Positions 1 to 10,904 of a DNA stretch of 64,000 nt are shown here, in pieces. The stretch is taken from assembly GCA_963813335.1 (NCBI GenBank), contig CAWEYL010000004.1, forward strand, positions 32,001 to 96,000, in the 5' to 3' direction. Under the pieces are notes generated by a model. The model was not told the DNA's origin and made no database searches. It saw only the letters and a list, made by a program, of their open reading frames with translations. Numbering within the stretch: position 1 is the first letter of the stretch; every line of letters starts with the position of its first letter. The DNA is from an uncultured Chloroflexia bacterium (lineage in GTDB: Bacteria; Chloroflexota; Limnocylindria; Limnocylindrales; CSP1-4). Made by a program: the position numbers and the translations under genes.

Positions 1-33
1 GACGATCTGAACGAGCCGTCCGGCGCGGGACAG

Positions 34-70
34 CACGAGCGCCCCGGCCGGCCCGGACGGGGCGCTCGTG
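34..70 (-). terminator. GC-rich hairpin downstream of USP gene
   Basis: Inverted repeat CACGAGCGCCCCG...CGGGGCGCTCGTG just past the USP stop. Confidence 0.5.
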
Positions 71-88
71 GATGCCGCGACCGCCTCC

Positions 89-490
89 TCAGCGGGCGAC
101 GATCACCGTCGTCGGGCTATGCGTCGCGACGTGTTCAGAGGTGCTGCCCTGCAGGGCGCGCGACAGCGCGCCGAGGCCACGGGAGCCGATGACCACGGTA
201 TCGAAGCCGCCTTCGGCGGCGATGTGCTCGATGGTGATCGCCGGGTCGCCGGAGGGCGCCATCATCTCGGCTTCGATGCCCTTGTCGCGCAACATCTGCT
301 GGGCTTCCTTGAGCTCCTTGAGATGGACCGGGCGATCGTCCCACGGGTCGATGGGCGAACGGCCGGGATGGACCGGCGTCACGCTCACGACGGCGACGGA
401 TGCGCCGAACTTCCGGGCCAGCTCGACGGCCATGTCGAGGGCGCGCTTGGCGGGCTCGCCGCCGTCGTACGCCACGAGGATCTTCTTCAT
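89..490 (-). CDS. universal stress protein
   Basis: MKKILVAYDG...VIGSRGLGALSRALQGSTSEHV, typical Usp motifs; start moved to ATG at 490. Confidence 0.93.
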   Translation of the reverse strand: MKKILVAYDGGEPAKRALDMAVELARKFGASVAVVSVTPVHPGRSPIDPWDDRPVHLKELKEAQQMLRDKGIEAEMMAPSGDPAITIEHIAAEGGFDTVVIGSRGLGALSRALQGSTSEHVATHSPTTVIVAR

Positions 491-596
491 CGAGGGCCTC
501 CTGATCGGCATCCCGACCGGCGCCTGGCCAGTCGTCTGGACATCAGCGTGCGCCAGCTGTGGGCCGCTGACGACGGCCACACCTCCCGTTCGCGGC

Positions 597-610
597 GGGT
601 CCGATGGCCC
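597..610. promoter_or_regulatory. DosR/DevR-like box
   Basis: GGGTC-CGAT-GGCCC fits GGGNC-N4-GNCCC upstream of USP. Confidence 0.55.
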
Positions 611-626
611 CCTGCGGGCGGACCGT

Positions 627-1337
627 TCAGCGGGGCCCGTAGGGCAGGTTCGCCACGTCGCCGTTGATGGGCTCGCGCCGGCTGTCGTCGAGCGACCAGC
701 CGACCGTCATGTCGACGCCGACGATGCCCGGCACCAGGCCGATGCAGCGCTCGATCATCTGGGTCGTGGAGCGACGCTCGACCGACCCGCCGACGGACGC
801 CACGCCGTCCTCCACCTCGACCGTGAACAGGGCGGGATCCAGCCACAGGACGCGGAGCAGGACGTCCTCGCGGATGGTCCGGGCCAGCTCCTCGTCGGAC
901 CGGATGAAGGCGCGGACCAGGTCGGCGCGGCTCACGATGCCCACCAGCCGGCCGTCCTCGACGACGGGCAGGCGGTTGATCCGGCGTGCCGTCATGACCG
1001 CGGCCGCCTCGGGGATGGAGCGGTCCGGTCCGATGGTGATGGCCGGCGCCGTCATCGCCTCGCCCGCGGTCGTGGCCGCCACCTTGGCGATCTGGGCCCG
1101 TGACTCCTTCGACTCCCCGCGCACCCGGGCCAGGGAGCGGTGGCGGATCGCGTCGGCGCCGCCTTCCTTCATGAGGAGGTCGGCCTCGGACACGACGCCG
1201 AGTACGGCGCCTTCGGGGTCGACGACGGGCACGCCGCTGATCCGATGGTCGACCAGCGACTGGGCGACGTCCTTGAGCGACGTCCGCGGCGTCACCGTCA
1301 CCACCGTTCGGATCATGACATCTCGGATGGTCAGCAT
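627..1337 (-). CDS. CBS-pair plus C-terminal BON domain protein
   Basis: ISGVPVVD, RINRLPVVEDGRLVGIVSRADL; BON-like tail VEVEDGVASVGGSV. Confidence 0.88.
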   Translation of the reverse strand: MLTIRDVMIRTVVTVTPRTSLKDVAQSLVDHRISGVPVVDPEGAVLGVVSEADLLMKEGGADAIRHRSLARVRGESKESRAQIAKVAATTAGEAMTAPAITIGPDRSIPEAAAVMTARRINRLPVVEDGRLVGIVSRADLVRAFIRSDEELARTIREDVLLRVLWLDPALFTVEVEDGVASVGGSVERRSTTQMIERCIGLVPGIVGVDMTVGWSLDDSRREPINGDVANLPYGPR

Positions 1338-1390
1338 CGGGATCACCTGCCTTCGGTTCACAGACTGCCCGCCGGCGCAGCGCGCTGACA

Positions 1391-1404
1391 GGTCCGAACG
1401 TCAC
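1391..1404. promoter_or_regulatory. DosR/DevR-like box
   Basis: GGTCC-GAAC-GTCAC upstream of CBS-BON gene. Confidence 0.45.
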
Positions 1405-1439
1405 GTCCTCGCGGGCCATGCGGGATGCGTGACAGGACC

Positions 1440-2456
1440 CTAGCGAGCGGTGACGGTCGGCCAGGACCGGATCGTCTGCAGGTAGTTCGCGCGCTCGAAC
1501 GCGTCGGGGTCCGCGACCGTGGCCTGGCTCGCGCTGCCGCGCAGCTGGGCCACCGACTCGTACTCGCGGTCGGTCATCCAGGCTTGCAGCTGGTCGGTGA
1601 CCGCGGCGATGTGCTCGGGTCCGTGGCGGAGCAGGGCCGAGGTCATCATCACGACGTCCGCGCCCACCATCAGCGCCTTGACGACGTCCGTCCCCGACCC
1701 GGCACCCGAGGACGCGGCCAGCGAGACGCCGTTCCCGAGCTGCGGGCGCAGGATGGCGATCCAGCGCATCGGCAGGCGCATCTCCCAGCGATGGCTGAGC
1801 TCGAGGCGCGGCACGACGACGAGCGCCTCGAGGTCGAGGTCCGGCTGGTAGAAGCGGTTGAACAGCACGAGGCCGTCGGCGCCCGCCGCGATCGCCGCAG
1901 CGGCGAAATGCGCGAAGGCCGAGTAGTAGGGACTCAGCTTGACCGCGAGCGGGATGGTGACGGCGTCACGCACGTCCGCGATCAGGCCGAGGTCGATCGC
2001 CTCCATCTCGGCGGCGGTCCGGCGGGGGTCCGCGGCAAGGTGGTAGAGGTTGAGCTCGAGGGCGTCCGCGCCGGCCGCCTCGATCCGCTGCGCCTGGCGC
2101 ACCCAGCCGCCGCCGGTGCTGGCATTCAGGCTCGCGATGACCGGCACGCCCACGACGGCCTTGACCTGCTCGAGCGACGCCAGGTAGCGGTCGGCCGCGC
2201 CCACGAACCGGTCGATGGCCGGGAAGTAGTCGAGAGCCTCCGCGACATGCTCCGCCCCCTGCTCGAGGGAGCGGTCGAGCTCGAGCTCCTCGGCCAGGAT
2301 CTCCTCCTCGAAGAGCGACGGGAGGACGATCGCGCCGACGCCGGCCCGATCGAGCCGGGCCGCCGTCGCCGGATCGCCGTTGTGCGGCGCGGCCGAGGCG
2401 ACGAGCGGCGAGCGGAGCTTCAGCCCGAGATAGGACGTGCCCAGGTCGACGGTCAT
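1440..2456 (-). CDS. dihydroorotate dehydrogenase-like flavoprotein
   Basis: MTVDLGTSYLGLKLRSPLVASA, VKLSPYY, LVLFNRFYQPD; start overlaps PFOR stop (ATGA). Confidence 0.9.
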   Translation of the reverse strand: MTVDLGTSYLGLKLRSPLVASAAPHNGDPATAARLDRAGVGAIVLPSLFEEEILAEELELDRSLEQGAEHVAEALDYFPAIDRFVGAADRYLASLEQVKAVVGVPVIASLNASTGGGWVRQAQRIEAAGADALELNLYHLAADPRRTAAEMEAIDLGLIADVRDAVTIPLAVKLSPYYSAFAHFAAAAIAAGADGLVLFNRFYQPDLDLEALVVVPRLELSHRWEMRLPMRWIAILRPQLGNGVSLAASSGAGSGTDVVKALMVGADVVMMTSALLRHGPEHIAAVTDQLQAWMTDREYESVAQLRGSASQATVADPDAFERANYLQTIRSWPTVTAR

Positions 2457-5400
2457 GCCCCATCTCCTTCGTCGTGCGGGCGCTCGAGATGCGGGACCGT
2501 CCGCTCGATGCCGGCCAGCCCCTGGTAGTAGTGCCAGCGCTCGTCGGCGTCCTTCTGCGCGAGGGTCGCGAGCTCGGCGGCGCGCTCCGGATGCGTCCGG
2601 CCGAGGATGGCGAACCGGGTCTCGCCCGCCGCGAACTCCGCGATCGGGATCGATGGCGGTCCCGAATCGAGCTTGAACGGCTTGCCGCCCTCGATCTCCG
2701 ACGGGTGGAACCGGTACAGCGGCCAATAGCCGCTCCGGACCGCGTCCTTCTGGTGGCTCATCGACTTGGCCATGTCGATCCCGTGGGCGATGCAGGTGCT
2801 GTAGGCGATCACGAGCGATGGCCCCGGCCAGGCCTCGGCCTCGAGGAGGGCGTTCGTCGTCTGGGCGTCGCTGGCGCCCATCGAGACCTGCGCGACGTAG
2901 ACATCGCCATAGGACCGCGCGATGGCGCCGAGGTCCTTCTTGGCGGTCCGCTTGCCGGCGGCGGCGAACTTGGCGACAGCGCCGCGCGGGGTCGACTTGG
3001 ACGACTGCCCGCCGGTGTTCGAGTACACCTCCGTATCGAGGACCAGGATGTTCACGTTGCGACCGGACGACAGCACCTGGTCGAGGCCGCCGAACCCGAT
3101 GTCGTAGGCCCACCCGTCGCCGCCGATGATCCAGACCCCGCGGCGCACGAGGGCGCCGGCGATCGCGAGGAGCTGCCGGGCGTCGGACGCGTCGGGTCCG
3201 TCGATGGCGGCGAGCGCCGTGCGGAGGCGCTCGACCCGCTCGCGCTGGAGCGCGATCCCGGGCTCGTCGTCCTGATCGGCAGCGAGGATGCCCGCGACCA
3301 GGTCGGCATCGAGGCGCGGCGCGAGCCGCTCGAGGAGTCGGCCTGCCTGGTCGCCCTGCGCGTCGAGGGCCAGGCGCATGCCCAGCCCGAACTCGGCGTT
3401 GTCCTCGAAGAGTGAGTTGGCCCACGCCGGGCCCCGACCGGCCGCGTCGACCGTCCACGGGGTCGTGGGCAGGTTCGCGCCATAGATGGACGAGCAGCCC
3501 GTCGCGTTGGCGACGATCATGCGGTCGCCGAAGAGCTGGGTCACGAGGCGGATGTACGGCGTCTCGCCGCAGCCGCCGCACGCCCCCGAGAACTCGAACA
3601 GCGGCTCGAGGAGCTGCGACCCCTTGACGGTGTCGTGCGGGAGCACGCTCCGATCGAGCCGCGGGATGGTCCGGAAGAAGTCCCAGCGCTCGCGCTCGAC
3701 GTCGCGATGCTCGGCGACCGGGGCCATGTCGATCGCCTTGTGGCTGATGTCGGTCTTGCTCTTGGCCGGGCAGACGTCCACGCAGACGCCGCAGCCGGTG
3801 CAGTCATCGGGTGCGACCTGGATGGTCAGCCGGTGGTCGACCAGCTCGCGCGAGCGGAACTCCTTGTGGAGGAAGCCCGCCGGAGCGCCCTCGAGCGACG
3901 CCGTCGGGAAGACCTTCATCCGGATCGAGGCGTGCGGGCAGACCATCGCGCACTTGCCGCAGTCGATGCAGATGGCCGGATCCCAGACCGGGATGGTCTG
4001 GGCGATGGCCCGCTTCTCGTACGCCGCGGTCCCGGTCGGGAACGTGCCGTCGACCGGGAGCGCGCTCACCGGCAGCCGGTCGCCATCGCCGGCCAGCAGG
4101 CGCGCCGTGAACCTGGTCACGAACTCCGGCACGGTGGCCGCGGGAGCGACCGCCGGCAGCGCGGACCCGACCGGCCCGGGCGCGACGTGGGCGAGGCGCT
4201 CGATGGCCGCGTCGATCGCGGCGAAGTTGCGCGCGACGATGGCCTCGCCGCGCTTGGCATACGTCTTCTTGACGAACGCCTTGATCCCGGCGATCGCCTC
4301 GGCCGGCGGGAGGATGCCCGCCAGGTGGAAGAAGCAGGGCTGCATCACGGTGTTGATGCGGCTGCCCATGCCGACCTCCGCCGCGACGGCGAGTGCGTCG
4401 ATGACCCACAGGTCGATCGACTTGTCGACGATCTGCTGCTGGACGCCGACGGGCAGGTGCGCCCAGACCTCGGCGGGTCCGTACGGCGCGTTGAGCAGGA
4501 ATGTGGCGCCCGCCTTGGCATGCTCGAGCATCGGGACCCGGCCGAGCAGGCCGAACTGGTGGCAGGCCACGAAGTCGGCCTCGTCCACGAGGTACGTGGA
4601 GCGGATGGGCTCCGGGCCGAAGCGCAGGTGCGACACGGTGATCGACCCGGACTTCTTGGAGTCGTAGACGAAGTACCCCTGGGCGTACCGGTCCGTGCTC
4701 TCACCGATGATCTTGACCGACGCCTTGTTGGCGCCGACCGTGCCGTCCGATCCGAGCCCGAAGAAGAGGGCCTGGACCTCGCCCGCCGGGCGGGCCGCCC
4801 GGAAGACCGGGTCGATCGGCAGGCTCAGGTGGGTGACGTCGTCCTCGATGCCGAGCGTGAAGTGGCGGAGTGGCCGGGCCGTGGCGAGGGCGTCGAAGAC
4901 CGGCTTGAGCATGGCCGGCGTGAGCTCCTTGGACGACAGGCCGTAGCGCCCGCCGATGACCCGCGGGACGGTCGCGAAGGGCGGCTCGTCGCGGTCCATG
5001 GCCTCGGCCAGGGCGGCGACCACGTCGAGGTAGAGGGGCTCGCCGATGGCACCCGGCTCCTTCGTGCGGTCGAGGACCGCGATGGCGCCGACGGTCGGCG
5101 GCAGGGCCCCCAGCAGCTGGGCCGCCGGGAACGGCTGGAAGAGGCGGACCCGGATCATGCCGACCCGCTCGCCGGTGGCGACGAGCGCGTCGACAGTCTC
5201 CTCCAGGGCTCCGGCTGCGGAGCCCATCACGACGATCACCCGGTCCGCGTCGGGTGCGCCGTGGTAGTCGACCAGGCCGTATTGACGCCCCGTCCTCGCC
5301 GCCAGCTCCTCGAAGACGTCCTCGACGATCCCGGGCACGGCGAGATGGAACGGGTTCGACGCCTCGCGGGCCTGGAAGAACACGTCGGGGTTCTGCGCCG

Positions 5401-6052
5401 TGCCGCGCAGGACGGGGGCGTCCGGCGTCAGGCCGCGCCCGCGGAACGCGAGGACGTCGTCCTCGCGGACGAGCGCCCGGATGTCGTCGTGGTCGAGGAC
5501 GCTGATCCGATCGATCTCGTGCGACGTGCGGAAGCCGTCGAAGAAGTGCAGGAAGGGCACCCGCGCGCGCAGCGTGGCCGCATGGGCCACCAGGGCGAAG
5601 TCATGGGCCTCCTGGACGGACCCCGCCGCGAGCATCGCCCACCCGGTCGAGCGGGCATGCATCACGTCGCTGTGGTCGCCGAAGATCGAGAGTGCATGGG
5701 TCGCGATCGTCCGGGCCGCCACGTGCATGACCGCTGGCGTCAGCTCGCCGGCGATCTTGAACATGTTCGGGATCATCAGGAGGAGCCCCTGGGACGCCGT
5801 GAACGTCGTCGCCAGGGCGCCGGCCTGCAGCGCGCCGTGCAGCGCGCCGGCGGCACCCGCCTCCGACTGCATCTCGACGACCTCGGGCACCTTGCCCCAC
5901 AGGTTCGGGCGCCCGGCGGCCGACCAGTCGTCGCAGTGCTCGGCCATCTGGCTCGCCGGGGTGATCGGGTAGATGGCGATCACCTCGCTCAGGGCGTAGG
6001 CGATGCGAGCAGCCGCCTCATTGCCGTCCAGGCATTCGTCGCGCGGGTCCAA
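2453..6052 (-). CDS. nifJ: pyruvate:ferredoxin (flavodoxin) oxidoreductase
   Basis: YPITP, EMQSEAGA, two CxxCxxCxxxCP ferredoxin motifs, GGDGWAYDIG TPP motif; TTG start with AAGGAG RBS. Confidence 0.97.
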   Translation of the reverse strand: MDPRDECLDGNEAAARIAYALSEVIAIYPITPASQMAEHCDDWSAAGRPNLWGKVPEVVEMQSEAGAAGALHGALQAGALATTFTASQGLLLMIPNMFKIAGELTPAVMHVAARTIATHALSIFGDHSDVMHARSTGWAMLAAGSVQEAHDFALVAHAATLRARVPFLHFFDGFRTSHEIDRISVLDHDDIRALVREDDVLAFRGRGLTPDAPVLRGTAQNPDVFFQAREASNPFHLAVPGIVEDVFEELAARTGRQYGLVDYHGAPDADRVIVVMGSAAGALEETVDALVATGERVGMIRVRLFQPFPAAQLLGALPPTVGAIAVLDRTKEPGAIGEPLYLDVVAALAEAMDRDEPPFATVPRVIGGRYGLSSKELTPAMLKPVFDALATARPLRHFTLGIEDDVTHLSLPIDPVFRAARPAGEVQALFFGLGSDGTVGANKASVKIIGESTDRYAQGYFVYDSKKSGSITVSHLRFGPEPIRSTYLVDEADFVACHQFGLLGRVPMLEHAKAGATFLLNAPYGPAEVWAHLPVGVQQQIVDKSIDLWVIDALAVAAEVGMGSRINTVMQPCFFHLAGILPPAEAIAGIKAFVKKTYAKRGEAIVARNFAAIDAAIERLAHVAPGPVGSALPAVAPAATVPEFVTRFTARLLAGDGDRLPVSALPVDGTFPTGTAAYEKRAIAQTIPVWDPAICIDCGKCAMVCPHASIRMKVFPTASLEGAPAGFLHKEFRSRELVDHRLTIQVAPDDCTGCGVCVDVCPAKSKTDISHKAIDMAPVAEHRDVERERWDFFRTIPRLDRSVLPHDTVKGSQLLEPLFEFSGACGGCGETPYIRLVTQLFGDRMIVANATGCSSIYGANLPTTPWTVDAAGRGPAWANSLFEDNAEFGLGMRLALDAQGDQAGRLLERLAPRLDADLVAGILAADQDDEPGIALQRERVERLRTALAAIDGPDASDARQLLAIAGALVRRGVWIIGGDGWAYDIGFGGLDQVLSSGRNVNILVLDTEVYSNTGGQSSKSTPRGAVAKFAAAGKRTAKKDLGAIARSYGDVYVAQVSMGASDAQTTNALLEAEAWPGPSLVIAYSTCIAHGIDMAKSMSHQKDAVRSGYWPLYRFHPSEIEGGKPFKLDSGPPSIPIAEFAAGETRFAILGRTHPERAAELATLAQKDADERWHYYQGLAGIERTVPHLERPHDEGDGA

Positions 6053-6122
6053 CGGGCAGCTCCTTGGGGATACGGACGGAAGGATCGGCTTCCATCCTCC
6101 CGTCGCCCATGGCCGGTCGCTA

Positions 6123-6211
6123 GGGCCTTTCGGACGCGTCTGGAGGGCCTTCCGGCACTCGGCACGGCGTCGCCTCGACGCTTCCATGTGGGGGGACGGG
6201 ATCGAGGTCCC
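6123..6211. promoter_or_regulatory. cluster of DosR/DevR-like boxes in nifJ/flavodoxin divergent promoter
   Basis: GGGCCTTTCGGACG (6123), GGGCCTTCCGGCAC (6145), GGGATCGAGGTCCC (6198). Confidence 0.55.
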
Positions 6212-6235
6212 ATGTCCGGATCGAGGAGACATGCC

Positions 6236-6745
6236 ATGCGCGCCATCGTGGTCTACGAGTCGCACTGGGGGAACACGGCCGCCGTCGCCAGGGCGATCGC
6301 GGACGGCATCGGGCCGGAGGCCAGGGCGCTGACGACCGACGAGGCCACCGCCGACGCGGTCGCCGGCGTCGACCTGATCGTCGCCGGGGGGCCCGTGATG
6401 GCCTTCCGACTGCCGACCGAGAAGATGCTCGAGGGACTGGCGACCAGGCCCGCGAATGGACCGGCGCCCGACCTCACCCATCCGTCGATGCGGGCATGGC
6501 TGAGCGGCCTGTCCGTCGGGCACGGGCGCGGCGTCGCGTTCGAGACCGGGGTCCGCTGGTCGCCGGGCAGTGCGACCGGGGCCATCGAGGCGGAGCTCCG
6601 CCGAGCCGGCTACACCCCGATCACCCGCAGCCGACGCTTCGTCGTGACCGGCACCACCGGACCGCTCAAGACCGGCGAGATCGAGCGCGCCCAGGCATGG
6701 GGCGAGGAGCTGGCGGCGGCCATGGGGGCGGCGCTGGTCGCCTGA
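6236..6745 (+). CDS. flavodoxin-like protein
   Basis: MRAIVVYESHWGNTAAVARAIA FMN-binding loop; GAGGAG RBS. Confidence 0.88.
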   Translation: MRAIVVYESHWGNTAAVARAIADGIGPEARALTTDEATADAVAGVDLIVAGGPVMAFRLPTEKMLEGLATRPANGPAPDLTHPSMRAWLSGLSVGHGRGVAFETGVRWSPGSATGAIEAELRRAGYTPITRSRRFVVTGTTGPLKTGEIERAQAWGEELAAAMGAALVA

Positions 6746-7867
6746 TCAGCGCCCGCCGGCCAGCGCCTTCTGGACGGCCCGCGCGACCACGACATCCTCC
6801 CGGGCGCGGATCCGCAGCACCGCGGCCGACCCGGACGCGAGGACCGCGTCCTCGGTCGAGCCGTCGTCGCTGAGCGGGGCCGACCCGACGAGCCCCAGCC
6901 CGGCCAGCCGTTCGCAGACCCGTGCCCGGATCAGGGGCGCGCGCTCGCCGATGCCGCCGGTGAAGACGATCCCGTCGACGTGCGGCAGGCTGGTCGCGGC
7001 CGCGGCGATCCCCGCGGCCGCCCGGCGCACGAACACGTCGATGGCCAGGCGCGCGCGCTCGTCGCCGGCGGTGCTCCGCTCGATCAGCTGGGCCATGTCC
7101 GCCGTGCCGCCGAGGCCCAGCAGCCCGGACCGGTGGTCGAGGTCGTCCTCGATGGCCGCGGCGGATCGACCGTCGCGGATCAGCCGGAAGATGATCCCGG
7201 GATCGATCGACCCGGCGCGCGTCCCCATCATCAGGCCTTCGAGTGGCGTCATCCCCATCGAGGTATCGACGGAGCGGCCGCCGTCGACCGCGGTCACCGA
7301 GCAGCCCCCGCCCAGGTGGGCGACGAGGAGTCGCAGGCCCGTGCCCGGCCGGCCGAGAAGCTCCGCCGCCCGCTGGACCGACCACTCGACCGACAGCCCG
7401 TGGAACCCGTAGCGCCGCACGCCCGCCGCCACCCAGTCGTCGGGCACCGGATAGCGCGCGGCCGCCTCGGGGAGCGTCGCGTGGAACGCGGTGTCGAACG
7501 CCGCCACGTGGACGGCGCCGGGCAGGACCGCGCGCGCCGCGCGGATGGTCTCGGCCGCGATGGGGTTGTGCAGCGGAGCGAGGTCGCCGAGCGCCGCGAT
7601 GGCGCGGACCACGTCGTCGTCCACGACCACCGGGGCGACGAACCGCTCCCCGCCGTGGACGACCCGATAGCCGACGCCGTCGATGGTGTCGAGGGGCGTC
7701 CCGGCCCGCGCGATCCCCGCGGCGACGTCGGAGACCACGGCATGCCGGGCGGCCGGATCGGGATCCGTCCAGGACGTGGTCGAGTCGGACCGGGGGGCGG
7801 TGCCCGGCAGGTCCAGCACCGTCGCCTTGAGGTTCGCCGACCCGGGGTTGAGGATGAGGACGCGCAC
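6746..7867 (-). CDS. ackA: acetate/propionate kinase
   Basis: ILNPGSANLK, GYRVVHGG, APLHNP, RRYGFHGLS, TSMGMTPLEG, FTGGIGE. Confidence 0.93.
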   Translation of the reverse strand: MRVLILNPGSANLKATVLDLPGTAPRSDSTTSWTDPDPAARHAVVSDVAAGIARAGTPLDTIDGVGYRVVHGGERFVAPVVVDDDVVRAIAALGDLAPLHNPIAAETIRAARAVLPGAVHVAAFDTAFHATLPEAAARYPVPDDWVAAGVRRYGFHGLSVEWSVQRAAELLGRPGTGLRLLVAHLGGGCSVTAVDGGRSVDTSMGMTPLEGLMMGTRAGSIDPGIIFRLIRDGRSAAAIEDDLDHRSGLLGLGGTADMAQLIERSTAGDERARLAIDVFVRRAAAGIAAAATSLPHVDGIVFTGGIGERAPLIRARVCERLAGLGLVGSAPLSDDGSTEDAVLASGSAAVLRIRAREDVVVARAVQKALAGGR

Positions 7868-7875
7868 GGGCCGGG

Positions 7876-10278
7876 TCAGCCCGCGCCCGGCCAGGTCCAG
7901 TCGCGGATCTCCGGCGGGTCCTCGCCATGCTCGCGGGTGTAGGCGCGGGCGCGGAGCCGCTCGTCGGCGAGGTGCTGGCGAAGGGAGGCCGAGTGGGCCC
8001 CGAGGCCGGGCACCCGGTCGATGACGTCCATGGCGAGGTGGAAGCGGTCCAGGTCGTTGCGCATGACCATGTCGAACGGGGTGGTCACGGTCCCCTCCTC
8101 CTTGTAGCCGCGGACGTGGAGGTTGGCGTGGTTGGTCCGCCGGTAGGCCAGCCGATGGATCAGCCATGGGTAGCCGTGGTAGGCGAAGATGACCGGCCGA
8201 TCCGTCGTGAACAGGGCGTCGAACTGCGCGCTCGTCAGCCCGTGCGGGTGCTCCGTCTCGTCGACGAGGCGCATCAGGTCCACGACGTTGACGACCCGGA
8301 CGCGCAATGACGGTAGGTGCTGCCGCAGGATGGCGACCGCCGCGAGCGTCTCGAGGGTCGGGATGTCGCCGGCGCAGGCCATCACGACGTCGGGCTCGCC
8401 GGCGTCGTTGCTGGCCCAGTCCCAGATGCCGATGCCGCGGGTGCAGTGCAGGACCGCGTCATCCATGGACAGGTAGGTCAGGGCGGGCTGCTTGCCGGCG
8501 ACGATCACGTTGACGTAGTTCCGGCTGCGCAGGCAGTGGTCCGCCACCGAGAGCAGGCAGTTCGTGTCCGGCGGCAGGTACACCCGGATCACCTCGGCCC
8601 GCTTGTTGACGACGTGGTCGATGAACCCGGGGTCCTGGTGGGAGAAGCCGTTGTGGTCCTGCCGCCAGACGTGGCTGGTCAACAGGTAGTTGAGCGACGC
8701 GATCGGGCGGCGCCAGCCGATCTCCCGGGTCATCTTCAGCCACTTGGCGTGCTGGTTGAACATCGAGTCGATGACGTGGATGAACGCCTCGTAGCAGTCG
8801 AACAGGCCGTGCCGGCCGGTCAGCAGGTATCCCTCGAGCCAGCCCTGGCAGAGGTGCTCGGAGAGCACCTCCATGACCCGTCCACCGGGCGCGAGGTGCT
8901 CGTCGGTGGGTCGTGTCTCGGCCATCCAGACGCGGTCGGTCACCTCGAAGACGGCATCCAGCCGGTTCGAGGCCGTCTCGTCCGGCCCGAAGAGCCGGAA
9001 GGTGTGCGGGTTGTCCCGGATCACGTCCCGCAGCCATGTCCCGAGGACGCGGGTGGCCTCGCTGGTGGCGGTCGCCGGCGACGGCACCGCGACGCCGTAG
9101 TCGCGGAAGTCCGGCAGGGCCAGGTCGCGCAGGAGTACCCCGCCGTTGGCGTGCGGGTTCGCGCTCATCCGGGCCTCGCCGCGCGGCGCGAGCTCGAGGA
9201 TGGATGCGATCGGCCGGCCGTCGTCGTCGAAGAGCTCCTCAGGCCGGTACGAGCGCATCCACGCGTCGAGCTGGGCCAGGTGCGCCGGGTTGCCGCGCAC
9301 GTCCGACAGCGGGACCTGATGGGCCCGCCAGGTGCCTTCCATGGGCTTGCCGTCGACGATCTTCGGGCCTGTCCAGCCCTTGGGGGTCCGCATGACGATC
9401 ATCGGCCACGGCGGGCGGATCGCGGCCCCGGCCCGGGCGGCGGCCCGGATCCCGTCGACCTCATCGAGCGCGCGATCCATGGCCGCAGCCATCTGGGCAT
9501 GGACGGCCATCGGCTCGTCGCCTTCCACCAGGATGGGCTCGTACCCGTAGCCTCGGAACAGCTGGCGCAGGCGGTCGTCGCCGATGCGGTCGAGGATCGT
9601 CGGGTTGGCGATCTTGTAGCCGTTCAGGGCGAGGATCGGGATCACGGCGCCGTCGACGGTCGGGTCGAGGAAGGTGTTCGAATGCCAGCTCGCCGCCAGC
9701 GGGCCGGTCTCGGCCTCCCCGTCGCCGACGACGCAGAAGACCACGAGGTCCGGGTTGTCGAACGCCGCACCGAAGGCGTGCACGAGGGCATAGCCGAGCT
9801 CCCCGCCCTCGTGGATGGACCCGGGCGTCTCGGGCGTGACGTGACTGCCGATCCCGCCGGGGAACGAGAACTGGCGGAAGAGCCGCTGCATGCCCGCCTC
9901 GTCACGGGTCAGCGCGGCGTCCAGCTCGCCCGAGGTCCCTTCGAGATAGGCGTTGGCGACCGCGGCCGGCCCGCCGTGCCCGGGCCCGACGACCCAGATG
10001 GCATCCAGGCCGCGCTCCGTGATCACGCGGTCGGCGTGGGCGTAGACGAGGTTCAGGCCGGGGGTCGTCCCCCAGTGGCCGAGGAGCCGCGGCTTGACGT
10101 GCTCGGGTCGGAGCGGCTCGCGCAGGAGCGCGTTGTCGAGGAGGTAGATCTGCCCGACCGAGAGGTAGTTCGCCGCCCGCCAGTAGGCATCGATCCGTGC
10201 GAGCTCGGCCGGGCTCGGCGTCGTGGTCGCGGCGGGATCGCCTGCGGTCCGCGCCCGATCGGTCGTCGGGTCTGCCAT
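7876..10278 (-). CDS. xfp: xylulose-5-P/fructose-6-P phosphoketolase
   Basis: [46 protein letters not shown]. Confidence 0.97.
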   Translation of the reverse strand: MADPTTDRARTAGDPAATTTPSPAELARIDAYWRAANYLSVGQIYLLDNALLREPLRPEHVKPRLLGHWGTTPGLNLVYAHADRVITERGLDAIWVVGPGHGGPAAVANAYLEGTSGELDAALTRDEAGMQRLFRQFSFPGGIGSHVTPETPGSIHEGGELGYALVHAFGAAFDNPDLVVFCVVGDGEAETGPLAASWHSNTFLDPTVDGAVIPILALNGYKIANPTILDRIGDDRLRQLFRGYGYEPILVEGDEPMAVHAQMAAAMDRALDEVDGIRAAARAGAAIRPPWPMIVMRTPKGWTGPKIVDGKPMEGTWRAHQVPLSDVRGNPAHLAQLDAWMRSYRPEELFDDDGRPIASILELAPRGEARMSANPHANGGVLLRDLALPDFRDYGVAVPSPATATSEATRVLGTWLRDVIRDNPHTFRLFGPDETASNRLDAVFEVTDRVWMAETRPTDEHLAPGGRVMEVLSEHLCQGWLEGYLLTGRHGLFDCYEAFIHVIDSMFNQHAKWLKMTREIGWRRPIASLNYLLTSHVWRQDHNGFSHQDPGFIDHVVNKRAEVIRVYLPPDTNCLLSVADHCLRSRNYVNVIVAGKQPALTYLSMDDAVLHCTRGIGIWDWASNDAGEPDVVMACAGDIPTLETLAAVAILRQHLPSLRVRVVNVVDLMRLVDETEHPHGLTSAQFDALFTTDRPVIFAYHGYPWLIHRLAYRRTNHANLHVRGYKEEGTVTTPFDMVMRNDLDRFHLAMDVIDRVPGLGAHSASLRQHLADERLRARAYTREHGEDPPEIRDWTWPGAG

Positions 10279-10357
10279 CGGTCGCGCCCTCCGCCTGCTG
10301 CATCCGGGTCCGCTGTCGGGTCCGGCCCTCGGTCAAGACTAGCCGGACGGCGAGGGG

Positions 10358-10807
10358 TCAGGCGGGGACGACGATCACCTCGCACGGCGCGCGCCGCGCC
10401 ACCTCGGAGGAGACGCTCCCGAGCAGCAGCCGACGGAGGTCCGTCCGGCGGCGCGAGCCGAGCACGATGACGTCGGCGCTCTCGGACGCCGACGCCTCGA
10501 GGATGGATTCGGCCGGGTCGCCCTCCCAGATCAGGTAGGTCGCCGCGACGCCGGAAGCACGGGCCCGGCCGACGATGTCGCGGACCCCGACCTCGAGACG
10601 GTCTCGCTCCTGGTCGACGCGACGCGACCGGCCGCCCGGCAGGTGCAGGTTCGACTGCTCGACGACGCTGAAGACCAGCAGCTCGGCGCGCTCGGTCGCT
10701 GCCATGCGGATGGCCTCGTCGATGGCGCCCTTCGAGGCGCTTGACAGATCGATCGCCAGCAGGACGCGTCGGCCAGGTTCGCTCGGGAGCGGTTCCATGC
10801 CGGGCAT
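10358..10807 (-). CDS. universal stress protein
   Basis: VLLAIDLS...ADVIVLGSR...LLLGSVSSEVARRAPCEV. Confidence 0.9.
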   Translation of the reverse strand: MPGMEPLPSEPGRRVLLAIDLSSASKGAIDEAIRMAATERAELLVFSVVEQSNLHLPGGRSRRVDQERDRLEVGVRDIVGRARASGVAATYLIWEGDPAESILEASASESADVIVLGSRRRTDLRRLLLGSVSSEVARRAPCEVIVVPA

Positions 10808-10834
10808 GGTGCGGCCGGCCGGCTGTCAGGCCAT

Positions 10835-10870
10835 GGTCCATTCGGGCCGAGTTCGCGGGCCGAGTGGCCC
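10835..10870. promoter_or_regulatory. tandem DosR/DevR-like boxes
   Basis: GGTCCATTCGGGCC (10835) and GGGCCGAGTGGCCC (10857), 22 bp apart, between usp and sensor kinase. Confidence 0.55.
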
Positions 10871-10904
10871 CAGCTTGGTCACAGCCACCTGCTACGCTCG
10901 GCGA

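Noticed and set aside
3635-6235. Upstream part of the 1036-aa plus-strand ORF
   Set aside because: Antisense shadow of nifJ in high-GC DNA; only 6236-6745 (flavodoxin) looks real.
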